A stretch of DNA of 64,000 nucleotides. It comes from an uncultured Chitinophaga sp. (lineage in GTDB: Bacteria > Bacteroidota > Bacteroidia > UKL13-3). Below, one piece after another: positions 38,647 through 48,759 of this stretch. The notes beneath the pieces are model-generated. The model saw only the letters and a list, made by a program, of their open reading frames with translations. It was not told the DNA's origin and ran no database searches. Numbering within the stretch: the first letter of the stretch is position 1; every line of letters starts with the position of its first letter. The DNA is taken from the NCBI GenBank assembly GCA_964603255.1, contig CAZRVA010000001.1:1177-65176 (forward strand), read 5' to 3'. A program made the translations under genes and the position numbers.

Positions 38647-39408
38647 TTGAAAAACCTAGTACTACATACACTTAAAAACAACATTGCCAGCAAGCAAAAA
38701 CATTTGGCAGTATTAATTGATCCGGATAGCATCGAAAACGAATCGCAGTTGGTTGATATTTGCCAACGCAGCAACGATGCATCGGTTGATTTTATATTGG
38801 TTGGTGGAAGCCTTATTACCAATGGTTTTTTTGATAAGTGTATTCAAATTATAAAGCTGCACACCCAAATACCGGTTGTTTTATTTCCAGGTAATATTAT
38901 GCAGGTTAGCAAAGATGCCGATGCCATTTTATTGTTATCATTAATTAGCGGACGTAATCCTGATTTGTTGATAGGTAAACACGTATTGGCTGCACCTATG
39001 CTTAAACAAAGCGGTTTAGAAATTATTCCTACCGGGTACATGCTAATTGATGGTGGTAATATTACCTCTGTAAGTTACATGAGTAATACTACACCCATAC
39101 CTGCAGAAAAACATAGTATTGCTGCGTGTACAGCCATGGCAGGAGAAATGCTGGGCTTACAAGTTACATACATGGATGCCGGTAGCGGTGCACAACATCC
39201 TATATCAACCAAAATAATTAGTGCTGTGCGCGAAAGTGTAAACGGACCAATATTTATTGGTGGTGGAATTAAAACTGCTGAAGGAGCTGTGGCTGCTTGC
39301 AATGCAGGAGCGGATGTGGTAGTGGTAGGGAATGCCTTCGAAAAAGAACCTGAACTGATTAACCAAATTGCAAAAGCGGTGCATGGGCTGAATAAGGTTC
39401 AGGCCTAA
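38647..39408 (+). CDS. Geranylgeranylglyceryl phosphate synthase family protein (PcrB/GGGPS-like TIM barrel)
   Basis: LAVLIDPD...DFILVGGS...VVLFPGN...GGGIKTAEGA...GADVVVVGNAF matches the PcrB/GGGPS pattern. The start is a TTG at 38647 and there is no in-frame ATG nearby. Confidence 0.65.
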   Translation: MKNLVLHTLKNNIASKQKHLAVLIDPDSIENESQLVDICQRSNDASVDFILVGGSLITNGFFDKCIQIIKLHTQIPVVLFPGNIMQVSKDADAILLLSLISGRNPDLLIGKHVLAAPMLKQSGLEIIPTGYMLIDGGNITSVSYMSNTTPIPAEKHSIAACTAMAGEMLGLQVTYMDAGSGAQHPISTKIISAVRESVNGPIFIGGGIKTAEGAVAACNAGADVVVVGNAFEKEPELINQIAKAVHGLNKVQA

Positions 39409-39579
39409 AACTCTTGATACATATTTCACAATTTAAATCAATGCATCAAGTAATTGATGTAGAATACACTCTTATCCTAATTAATTTAAATCATCAAACC
39501 ACAATGGTGTATTGTGATTTAACCGATAAGGATAATTCTATTTGATAAACATTAAGTTTAGTTGTGTAATTTAAATACC

Positions 39580-40035
39580 ATGAAACACAACATAAAAAAA
39601 ACTACAGACACCAACTTTATACAGGCACCTGAAAATGATTATTTATACAAGGCAGCCTCGCAAATTAAAAATGCAGGCGATGGATTGTATACTGCTATTA
39701 AGATTTATAAGGATGAAGTTATTGCCATCTTTGCAGGCGAACGACTTAGTGATGCTGTAGCTCTTAAACGCGCTGAGCAAGGAAAAGATCAATATTTTAT
39801 TGCCATGCTTGACGGCAGTATAATGGACTCCATACATAGTAACTGCTTTGCTAAGTATGCAAACGATGCAATAGGATTGGGCGATTCTGGATTTAATAAC
39901 AACAGTAGAATAGCATTAGATGAAAACGATAATGTTTGCATTATTGCCAATAAAACAATCAAAGTAAATGATGAAATTTTTTGTGCTTATGGAAAGCGGT
40001 ATTGGAAAAAATATTTAACTACTCAGGAAGTTTAA
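39580..40035 (+). CDS. SET-domain protein (putative protein-lysine methyltransferase)
   Basis: GDGLYTAIKIYKDEVIAIFAGE...NCFAKYANDA...NSRIAL...IIANKTIKVNDEIFCAYGKRYW has the SET N-, I- and C-region pattern. The ATG at 39580 was preferred over the ORF-track TTG at 39562. Confidence 0.6.
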   Translation: MKHNIKKTTDTNFIQAPENDYLYKAASQIKNAGDGLYTAIKIYKDEVIAIFAGERLSDAVALKRAEQGKDQYFIAMLDGSIMDSIHSNCFAKYANDAIGLGDSGFNNNSRIALDENDNVCIIANKTIKVNDEIFCAYGKRYWKKYLTTQEV

Positions 40036-40143
40036 TCGCAGGTCATCATAAATTTAACAAACAAGAAAGTAAAACATCACATTGAGTAATTATTGAATGA
40101 AACAAATGGAACTAACTTTTTGGTAGTCCCATTTGTTACGCTT

Positions 40144-41085
40144 TTATTTTAGACTTGCTGTTTTTAATTTAGGTATGGTTTTTAAATATGCATAAATTCC
40201 TTTCACCTCGGTATCGGTAAGTTGTGTATGAGGTACCATTGGGTAGCGCAACATTTCACCATTTTTCTTTTTACCATACTTAACGGCTTGTAAAAATTCA
40301 TCTTCAGTATAGTTTGCAATACCAGTTTCATCAAAAGTAATGTTGGTTGAATATACAACCTCACCTTTCATATTTAACATGGGATTTCCACCACCACAAT
40401 ACCCCTCAGATTTGGTTGGTTCTAACTCATTCATGGTTTTAAAATCTTTGCTGTGGCAGGCAAAACAAGCAATTTGTTTATTCACTACGTACTCACCTAA
40501 GGCAACCAAATTATTGGTATCAGGTCGATAAATTGGTGCGCTTGGCATTGGCGTAGGTTTAAACACAAAGTCGCGCAAAAACTTTCCTAATAATGACGCT
40601 TGTGTGGCAGGAGCTTCATCTGCAACCGGTGCTAATGAAGAATCCTCTGAGCGTAACCAAGCAATAATATCTTTTACGTCTTCATCAGCCATTAAAGGAA
40701 ACTTAGGCATAAACAAACCTGTGGTTCCATCAGGTTTAATACCTGTACGTAACATTACATAAATTTCTCCATCGGTCCATTTTCCAATACCCAAATCAGG
40801 ATGTGTTGTAATGTTCTTTGAGTAGACCTGTCCAAACTCTGCAGGTACATCTTTCATTAATTTACCGGTAAGCTGGTTTTGATCGTTGGCATGACATTGA
40901 ATACACAACATTGATGCCATACGCTGACCATTAGCCACACGCTCAGGTGTAATTTCTACCGTTAAATCTGAAATAGGAACGGTATAACTTTTAGGTGATT
41001 TGAAATTGACATAGGTTAAAAAACCTACTACAAATAGAATAACCAGGGCCAATAACGCCCCGAATACTTTGAGTGCTGTTTTCAT
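40144..41085 (-). CDS. Membrane-anchored di-heme c-type cytochrome
   Basis: N-terminal TM helix and two CxxCH motifs (CIQCH, CFACH). Confidence 0.75.
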   Translation of the reverse strand: MKTALKVFGALLALVILFVVGFLTYVNFKSPKSYTVPISDLTVEITPERVANGQRMASMLCIQCHANDQNQLTGKLMKDVPAEFGQVYSKNITTHPDLGIGKWTDGEIYVMLRTGIKPDGTTGLFMPKFPLMADEDVKDIIAWLRSEDSSLAPVADEAPATQASLLGKFLRDFVFKPTPMPSAPIYRPDTNNLVALGEYVVNKQIACFACHSKDFKTMNELEPTKSEGYCGGGNPMLNMKGEVVYSTNITFDETGIANYTEDEFLQAVKYGKKKNGEMLRYPMVPHTQLTDTEVKGIYAYLKTIPKLKTASLK

Positions 41086-41209
41086 AAATTAGGTTTATAC
41101 TTAAAAATTGGGCGTACGATAATAATGCTAAAACACTAATAATCAATGTAAATAACATACATATAAATGTACTCCAAAAAAATCAAGACACCCTAAAATA
41201 AAACAACCC

Positions 41210-42205
41210 CTATTTGGTGGTGTATATAACTTCTAATAAAGTTTGTCCTACTGCTTTTAATGTATTTCTGTCGATAGCACTCATGTTATCATTATGTGTA
41301 TGCCAGTGGCCAGGGAAACCAGTTCGAGAGGCTGCATCGTAATGAATAATATCTATGGTAGGGATTTTAGCAATTTTATTTACATAGTAATGATCATCAA
41401 TTATACCAGACTTTTGATAGTACATAAAGTAATTGGCAAAACCTAAGTTATGACCCGTTTGCCACACACTTTGTAACACAGGCTGAGCGGCCTCTATAGA
41501 AACTTGTTCCCATGCAAATTTTGCATCAGGTGCGCCAACCATATCTAACAATATTCCAAAATTTGCTTTGTAACCCGGCTTGTGCAAGTTTGCGCTCCAA
41601 TACTGAGAGCCTAAACAATAGCTGTTATCATACTCGGGTTTACCTAAATCTTCGGCATCAAACAAAACAATATCAACCCCAACAGATGGCGGAATTTGTT
41701 TTAACGTTTTGGCAATTTGCATCAACACCCCTACTCCACTTGCACCATCGTTTGCACCTAAAATTGGCTTGTCGGTATCTTTGGTATCTTGGTCTGCGTA
41801 AGGGCGGCTATCCCAATGTGCGCATAATAAAATTCTTGTTTGTGCTTGCGGGTTGATTTCGGCAATAATATTTCTAACATTTAATTTCTTGTTATCAAAA
41901 TTGGTAATTGAAGCCTTCTGTTCAATTACATTATCTGCATATTTTTTCAACTCATTTACCATCCAATCGCCACACTTTTTATGCGGCTCACTATTGGTTA
42001 CTCGTGGCCCAAATGAAACTTGTTTCTCAACAAAATAATAAGCACTATCTGCATTAAATACAGGCGATACTTGTTGGTATGGTGCAACTGTTTCAGTGTT
42101 AGTAGTTTCCTGTTTGGATTGAGTTTTAGGCTCGTTAGTACAAGCCACAAAACCGATTAACAACAGAGCAGCAGCACTTATTTTTAATTGAATATTTTTT
42201 TTCAT
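41210..42205 (-). CDS. Lipoprotein M28-family zinc enzyme, glutaminyl-peptide cyclotransferase-like
   Basis: Lipobox LLLIGFVAC, then ...LLCAHWDSRPYADQD...GANDGASGVGVLMQIA...IVLFDAEDLG..., the M28/QC metal-ligand motifs. ATG at 42205. Confidence 0.65.
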   Translation of the reverse strand: MKKNIQLKISAAALLLIGFVACTNEPKTQSKQETTNTETVAPYQQVSPVFNADSAYYFVEKQVSFGPRVTNSEPHKKCGDWMVNELKKYADNVIEQKASITNFDNKKLNVRNIIAEINPQAQTRILLCAHWDSRPYADQDTKDTDKPILGANDGASGVGVLMQIAKTLKQIPPSVGVDIVLFDAEDLGKPEYDNSYCLGSQYWSANLHKPGYKANFGILLDMVGAPDAKFAWEQVSIEAAQPVLQSVWQTGHNLGFANYFMYYQKSGIIDDHYYVNKIAKIPTIDIIHYDAASRTGFPGHWHTHNDNMSAIDRNTLKAVGQTLLEVIYTTK

Positions 42206-42244
42206 TTTGTTATCTGTGTAACGCAAGTTAATAAACGACAAGCA

Positions 42245-43714
42245 TTAAAGAATGGTATAACTGGTTCCTTCTTTACCATCCTTAATTTCGAAACCAATTT
42301 CTTTCAATTTGTCTCTAATCAAATCTGAAGTTGAAAAATCTTTACGCGATTTTGCATCAGAACGAACATCTAAAATCATGTTCATCAACCCATCTATTTT
42401 ATCGGTATTAACAACGTTTTCTTCTTTTAATCCTAACACATCAAACACCATGATTTTCATTAACTGCACCAATGTATTTTTATCGCTTTCGGTAATGGTT
42501 TCTTTACCATCGTTTACGCTGTTAATTATTCTTACGCCATCAAACAAATGCGCCAACGCAATAGGTGTGTTAAAATCATCATCCATTGCAGCGTAAATAT
42601 TTGTTTTTAAATCGTTGATGTTTGATGTAGATGTTACTCCGGTTTTTAAACCATCCAACAACTTCATGGCATTCATCAATCGTGCAAAACCTTTTTCGGC
42701 AGCTTGTAAAGCCTCGTTACTAAAATCAAGTGTACTGCGGTAATGTGCTTGTAACATAAAAAAGCGCACTGTCATTGGGCTGTAGCCTTTGTCTAACAAT
42801 TTATGTGTGCCTGCAAACAACTCAAACGGCAAGAAAGAATTACCTAAACTCTTACTCATTTTTTGTCCGTTTACGGTTAGCATATTGGTATGCATCCAAT
42901 AATTAACAGGAGTTTTATGGTGATTACAAGCTACGTTTTGCGCAATTTCATTGGTGTGATGTGTAGGAGCTAAATCCATACCGCCACCATGAATATCAAA
43001 CCTATCGCCTAAATATTTTTTACTCATGGCTGAGCACTCTAGGTGCCAACCCGGAAAACCCTCGCCCCACGGACTGGGCCAACGCATAATATGTTCGGGT
43101 TTCGCTTTAATCCAAAGTGCAAAATCAAGTCTACCACGTTTATCGTCTTGTCCACCAAGTTCGCGTGTACCATTCAACAAGTCATCTAAATTACGCCCTG
43201 TTAATGCAGTATAGTTATTGTCTTTAGCAAACTTCTCTACATCAAAATAAATGGTGCCGTTACTCTCGTAAGCAAAACCATTGGCCATAATTTGTTTGGT
43301 CATTTCTATTTGCTCTATGATATGACCTGTTGCAGTTGGTTCTATACTTGGAGGTAAAGCATTAAAAGCAGCCATTACATTATGAAAATCTATCGTGTAA
43401 CGTTGCACAATTTCCATGGGCTCTAATTGCTCCAACTTAGCTTTTTTGCTAATTTTATCTTCACCTTCATCGGCATCACTCTCTAAGTGGCCGGCATCAG
43501 TAATATTACGCACATAACGCACTTTATAACCCAAATGCTGCAGGTATCTAAACACTACATCAAAGGATATAAAAGTACGCGCATTACCTAAATGGGCATT
43601 GTTATATACAGTTGGTCCGCACACATACATACCAACGTGTCCGGCATGAATAGGTTCAAACTTTTCTGTGTTACGCGTAAGCGTGTTATATATTTTAAGG
43701 TTGTGGTCAATCAT
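42245..43714 (-). CDS. cysS: Cysteine--tRNA ligase
   Basis: HIGH (HLGNARTF) and KMSKS (KMSKSLGN) motifs; 489 aa. Confidence 0.92.
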   Translation of the reverse strand: MIDHNLKIYNTLTRNTEKFEPIHAGHVGMYVCGPTVYNNAHLGNARTFISFDVVFRYLQHLGYKVRYVRNITDAGHLESDADEGEDKISKKAKLEQLEPMEIVQRYTIDFHNVMAAFNALPPSIEPTATGHIIEQIEMTKQIMANGFAYESNGTIYFDVEKFAKDNNYTALTGRNLDDLLNGTRELGGQDDKRGRLDFALWIKAKPEHIMRWPSPWGEGFPGWHLECSAMSKKYLGDRFDIHGGGMDLAPTHHTNEIAQNVACNHHKTPVNYWMHTNMLTVNGQKMSKSLGNSFLPFELFAGTHKLLDKGYSPMTVRFFMLQAHYRSTLDFSNEALQAAEKGFARLMNAMKLLDGLKTGVTSTSNINDLKTNIYAAMDDDFNTPIALAHLFDGVRIINSVNDGKETITESDKNTLVQLMKIMVFDVLGLKEENVVNTDKIDGLMNMILDVRSDAKSRKDFSTSDLIRDKLKEIGFEIKDGKEGTSYTIL

Positions 43715-43804
43715 AAACGCACAAATCTATTAAAAAAGGACAATGGTATATAAATAAAAAGCGTCCCGATGTTACATTCGGGACGCTTTTCTGAAATGTT
43801 TTAA

Positions 43805-44173
43805 TTAAAACGGTAAATCATCTGATGCTGAATCTGCTGTGAAAGTAGGTTCGTTATCAGGATGAAAAGGATCTTCGGCCGCAGCAGCCATACCACTGTT
43901 TTGACCTTGAAGTTTCCAAGCGCGTACGTCTGTGTACCAACGGCCATTGTATTCGCGGCTTTCGATATTTAATGAAGCAGTAATGGTATCGCCTACATTA
44001 AAACGCTCAAGTTCGTTTACTTTCTCGTTCATGGTGCTAATCATTACTTTACGCGGATATGTTTCTTGTGTTTCAATTACAAATTCTTGCTTGCTCCAAG
44101 GTTTACCTGCTTTACTAATTCCTTCAGTTTTGTTCAATTTCAGAACAATTTTTCCTGTTATGTCCAAAGCCAT
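43805..44173 (-). CDS. Conserved hypothetical protein (122 aa; Bacteroidetes DUF-type)
   Basis: Clean ORF with its own upstream region. No catalytic motif recognised. Confidence 0.55.
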   Translation of the reverse strand: MALDITGKIVLKLNKTEGISKAGKPWSKQEFVIETQETYPRKVMISTMNEKVNELERFNVGDTITASLNIESREYNGRWYTDVRAWKLQGQNSGMAAAAEDPFHPDNEPTFTADSASDDLPF

Positions 44174-44447
44174 ACGTGTATATAATTTATTGTTTTATGC
44201 TTGCTTACAACACCATAAGTCCATTTTTCGGGCCAATGATGAAATGCGAAAATATCAGAAAAAAGTATGTTTTGTATACGCGTTGATAATTTTTATGTAA
44301 TTGAGTCTTCCCCCGAGGTTAAGCTGCGCTCCACTCTGGTTAGGGTTGAAAATTCCGAACTCGCTTAGGGACTATTATCGCTTTAATCTTTTGTTCGTTT
44401 ATCACAAAAGTAATTTCGTTTTAACCTTGACGCGAATTACTCATATC

Positions 44448-45881
44448 CTAAAAATAAATCTTCACCACAAAAATGGCGGTAAGTATACAAACCAAATCAA
44501 CCAAGAGCATTACGCTTAATGCGTAACGGCTATCTTTAATATTTACTGAACCAAAATATAAAGCTACTACATAAAACGTGGTTTCGGCTGCACCTTGAAA
44601 CAAACATGAGAGTTGTCCGGCTAAACTATCCGCACCATACGTTTTCATGGCATCTAACATAAATCCGCGCGAACCACCTGCACTAAACGGACGCATTAAG
44701 GCAACAGGTATGGCTTGTATAATTTGCGGATCAACACCAAATGCAGCAAGTACAGAGGTTACTCCACTCATTACAATATTCATTAAACCAGAGTTGCGGA
44801 AAATACTTAAGGCAACCAACATGGCAATCATATAAGGCAACACGCGCACTCCGGTTGTAAAGCCATCTTTAGCACCATGTACAAACGAGTCGAATATATT
44901 GGTGTTATTGGTCTTAAAAATTTTTTCTTGAAAAATACTGTAAGCAACAATGGCCAAAATAATAAACAGCAATACGCCATTACTTAGGTTACCCGTAAAG
45001 TGAAACTTTTGTATACCGGTTAATTGATTTACATAAAACAGTAAGAAACCAATTACAGCACTAATTACCGTAACAAAACCAATTACTATAGGATTCAATA
45101 AATTAATGCGTTGTTTAATGCTTACAAAAATGAGTGCAGCAATGGTTCCAACAAATGAAGTAATGATGGTTGGCAACATAATGTCTGCTGGATTTGCAGC
45201 ATGCTGTGCAGCACGATAGCCAATAATAGAGGTTGGAATTAAAGTTAAACCGGCAGCATGCAAACACAAAAACATGATTTGGCTATTACTCGCTTTCTCT
45301 TTGTTGGCATTTACTTCTTGCATGCTTTCCATGGCTTTTAATCCAAATGGTGTAGCGGCATTATCTAACCCTAAAAAGTTTGCGGCAAAATTCATGGTCA
45401 TAAATCCATACGCAGGATGGCCTTTAGGTAGCTCAGGAAAAATTTTTGCAAAAAATGGAGAAAGCACATTGGCCAATTTAGTAATGGCATTGCTATCGTT
45501 TAACAGGTTTAATAAACCGCAGAAAAACGTTAGGTAACCAATTAAGGGAAGCCAAATATCCATGATGGTATTTTTACAGGTAGGAAAAATACCATCCGCA
45601 GCTTGTTTGCCGGCAGCAATTTGCACAATACCATTATCCATTAAATGGTAAGTGGTATCTGCTGTTGCATTGGCATATACCTTATTGGCTTGCAGCGCTG
45701 TAAATAAAGCCGTATCGGTTTGTTGCAGTTGTTTGGCTTCAACCTCAGATACAATGGTTGGATCGTTTTGTTTGCCATTAACCAAACTACCCAGGGTGTA
45801 CATTTGGCCTGTGCCCAACATGTAAAAAATATAAATCGCGCTCAGTACAATAATGTACGACCAAAATCTGCTTAATGCCAT
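44448..45881 (-). CDS. Fused nucleoside-recognition (Gate) domain membrane protein, SpmA/SpmB-like
   Basis: 477 aa, polytopic, with two Gate-like halves resembling spore-maturation SpmA/SpmB nucleoside transporter domains. Confidence 0.6.
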   Translation of the reverse strand: MALSRFWSYIIVLSAIYIFYMLGTGQMYTLGSLVNGKQNDPTIVSEVEAKQLQQTDTALFTALQANKVYANATADTTYHLMDNGIVQIAAGKQAADGIFPTCKNTIMDIWLPLIGYLTFFCGLLNLLNDSNAITKLANVLSPFFAKIFPELPKGHPAYGFMTMNFAANFLGLDNAATPFGLKAMESMQEVNANKEKASNSQIMFLCLHAAGLTLIPTSIIGYRAAQHAANPADIMLPTIITSFVGTIAALIFVSIKQRINLLNPIVIGFVTVISAVIGFLLFYVNQLTGIQKFHFTGNLSNGVLLFIILAIVAYSIFQEKIFKTNNTNIFDSFVHGAKDGFTTGVRVLPYMIAMLVALSIFRNSGLMNIVMSGVTSVLAAFGVDPQIIQAIPVALMRPFSAGGSRGFMLDAMKTYGADSLAGQLSCLFQGAAETTFYVVALYFGSVNIKDSRYALSVMLLVDLVCILTAIFVVKIYF

Positions 45882-45991
45882 AAACGTATTACTTGATTTT
45901 CAATTTTACGTTTTAAGCCATTAGCATGAGCTATACTTTTTTTAAAATAAGTGTGGATAGGGTAGGCTATTTTACCAATAAGTGTTCACTT

Positions 45992-47995
45992 TTATTGATG
46001 TATAACCAGTATTCGCTTAATGGTAGTGCCTTGTTTAGTGGCAATTTTTACCATGTACAAGCCATTGGGTAAGTCTTTTATACTGTAGCTTTGCATGCTT
46101 TTATCTGTAATCTGTTTTATTAAATTACCCGATGTGTTGTAAAAGCTCACCTCGTTAACCGAATAATTACCCTCAAAATAAATTACCTCATGAGCAGGAT
46201 TAGGATAAATATTTAAGTCGATAGTATTTGCTTCGGCCAAGCCAACTACCTGCATATTTAATGTATCCGTATAATTAGTACATCCATTGCTATCTGTCAT
46301 TACCGCATGGTAATTTCCACTTGAAGTAACCAATAAATTTTGTGATGTTTTGCCACTTAACAAGGCCCCATTTTTATACCACTTGTATTGTTTTCCCTTA
46401 TTTGAGTTAACCATTAACGTATCTCCATTTTTTAGTAAACTAACCGGAGTTAAGTCAAACAAAAAGGCGGATACTTTTTTGGCTGCACTCCTAGCGCCAC
46501 CTTGGGTTTGAATTACATAATACGTAACGGCAGAATCGAATTGTACCGTAAAGTTAGTGCCTGCAAAAACCTGCTGAGTTAACAATGAATCCGCATACCA
46601 TTTTACACCATTTCCTGAAGCCGTTAACTGAGTTGGTTTTCCATCTTTACAAAAATTAAACAAGGAAGCTCCACCGGTTACTGGTAAATAAAAATTCTTG
46701 ATAAAATATGCATCAGCTTCACCAACCACACGTAAAGCATTTCCATCAATAGTATTGGTTGTGGTTGATTGAAATTGCCCACCCATATACCAATTACCTT
46801 GTTTATCTACTGCAATAGCATTGGCATAAGTCCAATCGCTTTGCCCTAATGTTTTAATCCAGCTCGCATTTCCATTTTCGTCTACACTCATCATTAATGC
46901 ATACCTTTTATTCGATACACCATCACCACCTGCTTGTCCGCCAAACGCAAATCCAAAACTATAATCTACTGCTACCGCAATTTTATCATCCGGGGTTAAT
47001 GCCAACGCATTACATGATGAATAAATACTATTGGATTGCTTGGCCCATTTTAAATTACCATTTGGAAGATATGATGCCATAAAAAAGTTTTCTCTATTGT
47101 TGGCATTACTTAAAACTGTTCCTGAAACATTAATTGGATTATAAAACAACCCACCAATAACCACTTGGTGTTGCGAAGTAACTACAATATCAGAAATATG
47201 CTCTAAGCTGGTTGAGGTGTTGGGGAAGATTTTACGTGCCCATTTGTAATCGCCTTTTTGATTGAAACATGCGGTAATAATATTGGCATTGGTAAACGTA
47301 TCATTTTTGATATATACATCAAAATGTCCATTTGCAGTTACGTATACCAAACTATCTCGTAATGCAATTTTACCCATTCGAGCACTTATGCTATTACATC
47401 CAATGGGAATAACCAAACGAGCCGTACCCGCGGTATCCATTTTAGCAATGTATAAAGAAGTTCCACCATTATGGGGCATGGTAGGTAGTCCGTCTAAACT
47501 AAAATTATACTGACTAAACGAGCCACAAATCCAAACGTTATTGCTGTCATCGACCAAAACATTACCTAGGCGCGGTTTCCACGATTGAATGGTTTTTTTA
47601 TACAATTGTGTTCCATCTTTATCAAATTTAAACAATGTTCCGGGATCACTAATACTCATGTAAACATTGTATTGTTTATCTACTGTAAGTCCACCAACTA
47701 GTTCAATATTGGGTGCAACATTTACTCCTCTTACCCAAACAAAATTTCCGTTGGTGGTAAATTTAGCTAAAAAATAACTGTACGAATTCCCACCAACTTT
47801 TGGTATAGTGGTGTCACCAATTGTCATGCTGGCAGCCATTCTTCCCGCTACATATACATTACCAGAATCATCCGTGGTAATGGCATCAAAATATTCAAAC
47901 TGTGTTGAACCAAAGTTTTTAATCCAAGTGTTTTGTGCAAAGCATGAAATTGATACAACAAAACATATAACCAGCAATAGCAATTGTTTACTCAT
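45992..47995 (-). CDS. Secreted beta-propeller (SBBP-repeat-like) protein with PKD-like region and type-A T9SS C-terminal sorting domain
   Basis: Signal peptide MSKQLLLLVICFVVSISCFA|QNTW. Repeated D.SGN.Y..G motifs. The C-terminus NIYPNPAHEVIYFEG...GLYMVKIATKQGTTIKRILVIHQ is a T9SS CTD. Confidence 0.8.
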   Translation of the reverse strand: MSKQLLLLVICFVVSISCFAQNTWIKNFGSTQFEYFDAITTDDSGNVYVAGRMAASMTIGDTTIPKVGGNSYSYFLAKFTTNGNFVWVRGVNVAPNIELVGGLTVDKQYNVYMSISDPGTLFKFDKDGTQLYKKTIQSWKPRLGNVLVDDSNNVWICGSFSQYNFSLDGLPTMPHNGGTSLYIAKMDTAGTARLVIPIGCNSISARMGKIALRDSLVYVTANGHFDVYIKNDTFTNANIITACFNQKGDYKWARKIFPNTSTSLEHISDIVVTSQHQVVIGGLFYNPINVSGTVLSNANNRENFFMASYLPNGNLKWAKQSNSIYSSCNALALTPDDKIAVAVDYSFGFAFGGQAGGDGVSNKRYALMMSVDENGNASWIKTLGQSDWTYANAIAVDKQGNWYMGGQFQSTTTNTIDGNALRVVGEADAYFIKNFYLPVTGGASLFNFCKDGKPTQLTASGNGVKWYADSLLTQQVFAGTNFTVQFDSAVTYYVIQTQGGARSAAKKVSAFLFDLTPVSLLKNGDTLMVNSNKGKQYKWYKNGALLSGKTSQNLLVTSSGNYHAVMTDSNGCTNYTDTLNMQVVGLAEANTIDLNIYPNPAHEVIYFEGNYSVNEVSFYNTSGNLIKQITDKSMQSYSIKDLPNGLYMVKIATKQGTTIKRILVIHQ

Positions 47996-48060
47996 AACTT
48001 TTTATCGTGTACTACAAATATGGGTATAAAAGATTAGCTTGCTCATAAATTGATATTAAA

Positions 48061-48300
48061 ATGAGTAACAACTGGATTGAAAAAGACAATAAACTAAGTA
48101 AAACCTACAAGTTTGACACGTTTATGGATGCTATTAATTGGATGGGTAAAGCCGCTGTTGTTATTGAAGCGTTTAATCATCACCCGGAATGGAGTAACGT
48201 GTATAATAAGGTGCATGTGGTTTTACGAACACACGATGCCGGATACATTGTTACCAATAAAGACAGAAAGTTAGCACAACTACTTGATGAAGTAGAATAA
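48061..48300 (+). CDS. Pterin-4a-carbinolamine dehydratase
   Basis: The 79-aa protein with W...HHPEW..V...V....TH motif is PCD/DCoH-like. Confidence 0.75.
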   Translation: MSNNWIEKDNKLSKTYKFDTFMDAINWMGKAAVVIEAFNHHPEWSNVYNKVHVVLRTHDAGYIVTNKDRKLAQLLDEVE

Positions 48301-48429
48301 CCCACATAACAAAAAAATTACATCACTCAAGCCCCTATATTTTACAAGGCATACAGCCAATATATTCTTGTTACTAAAAATTTTTGTTGCATTTTATTTT
48401 AGAAATGAATTTGTTTGCACCATCAAAAA

Positions 48430-48519
48430 ATGACAGCAACCAAGACACATATTACTACTAACATGATGCACGCCATGCGAATGCACATGCCTATGTGTTG
48501 CACTGTTCATATGATGTAA
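48430..48519 (+). CDS. Candidate Met/His/Cys-rich leader peptide 1 (29 aa: MTATKTHITTNMMHAMRMHMPMCCTVHMM)
   Basis: ATG..TAA ORF in the 567-nt leader of the metB/C-hom operon. 10 of its 29 codons are Met. The stop codon lies inside the hairpin atgatgt-aatc-acatcat (48511-48528). It is paralogous to the ORF at 48691..48759. Confidence 0.5.
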   Translation: MTATKTHITTNMMHAMRMHMPMCCTVHMM

Positions 48520-48690
48520 TCACATCATCACACACCAAAACTACAAGCGTTTCGAGGTTCGCTTCATTAACTTTGAAAAATCAACACACATTAAAATTAA
48601 ATTGTAAAAGTAGTAGTGAATTTTAGTTTCACCATATCACAGACACGTAAACAAACAAACGAAAATACGTTTGCTGTGGCTGCTTTTGCT

Positions 48691-48759
48691 ATGCACACCA
48701 TGATGTGCATGATGCGTATGCATTGCGTTGCAATGCATCACCAACACTGTTGTTGCTAG
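48691..48759 (+). CDS. Candidate Met/His/Cys-rich leader peptide 2 (22 aa: MHTMMCMMRMHCVAMHHQHCCC)
   Basis: ATG..TAG ORF. 8 of 22 codons are Met and 5 are Cys. It shares the frame and the motif MM.[AM]MRMH with peptide 1, with synonymous differences (CGA/CGT, CAC/CAT). The internal palindrome atgcattgc-gtt-gcaatgcat lies at 48718-48738. Confidence 0.5.
   Translation: MHTMMCMMRMHCVAMHHQHCCC

Noticed and set aside
44174-44447. tRNA or other small RNA gene in the C/G-rich intergenic region (also 62300..62420)
   Set aside because: No acceptor or T-arm cloverleaf, SRP domain IV, tmRNA or RNase P conserved motifs could be fitted. It is kept only as a motif observation.
44301-44519. 72-aa plus-strand ORF spanning the intergenic region and the 3' end of the SpmA/B-like gene
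   Set aside because: It overlaps the end of a well-supported minus-strand CDS and has low-complexity composition. It is likely spurious.
48405-48464. Alternative-frame micro-ORF MNLFAPSKNDSNQDTYYY overlapping leader peptide 1
   Set aside because: It has no Met-codon enrichment and no paralogous counterpart in the second repeat. The Met-rich frame is the one that is conserved.
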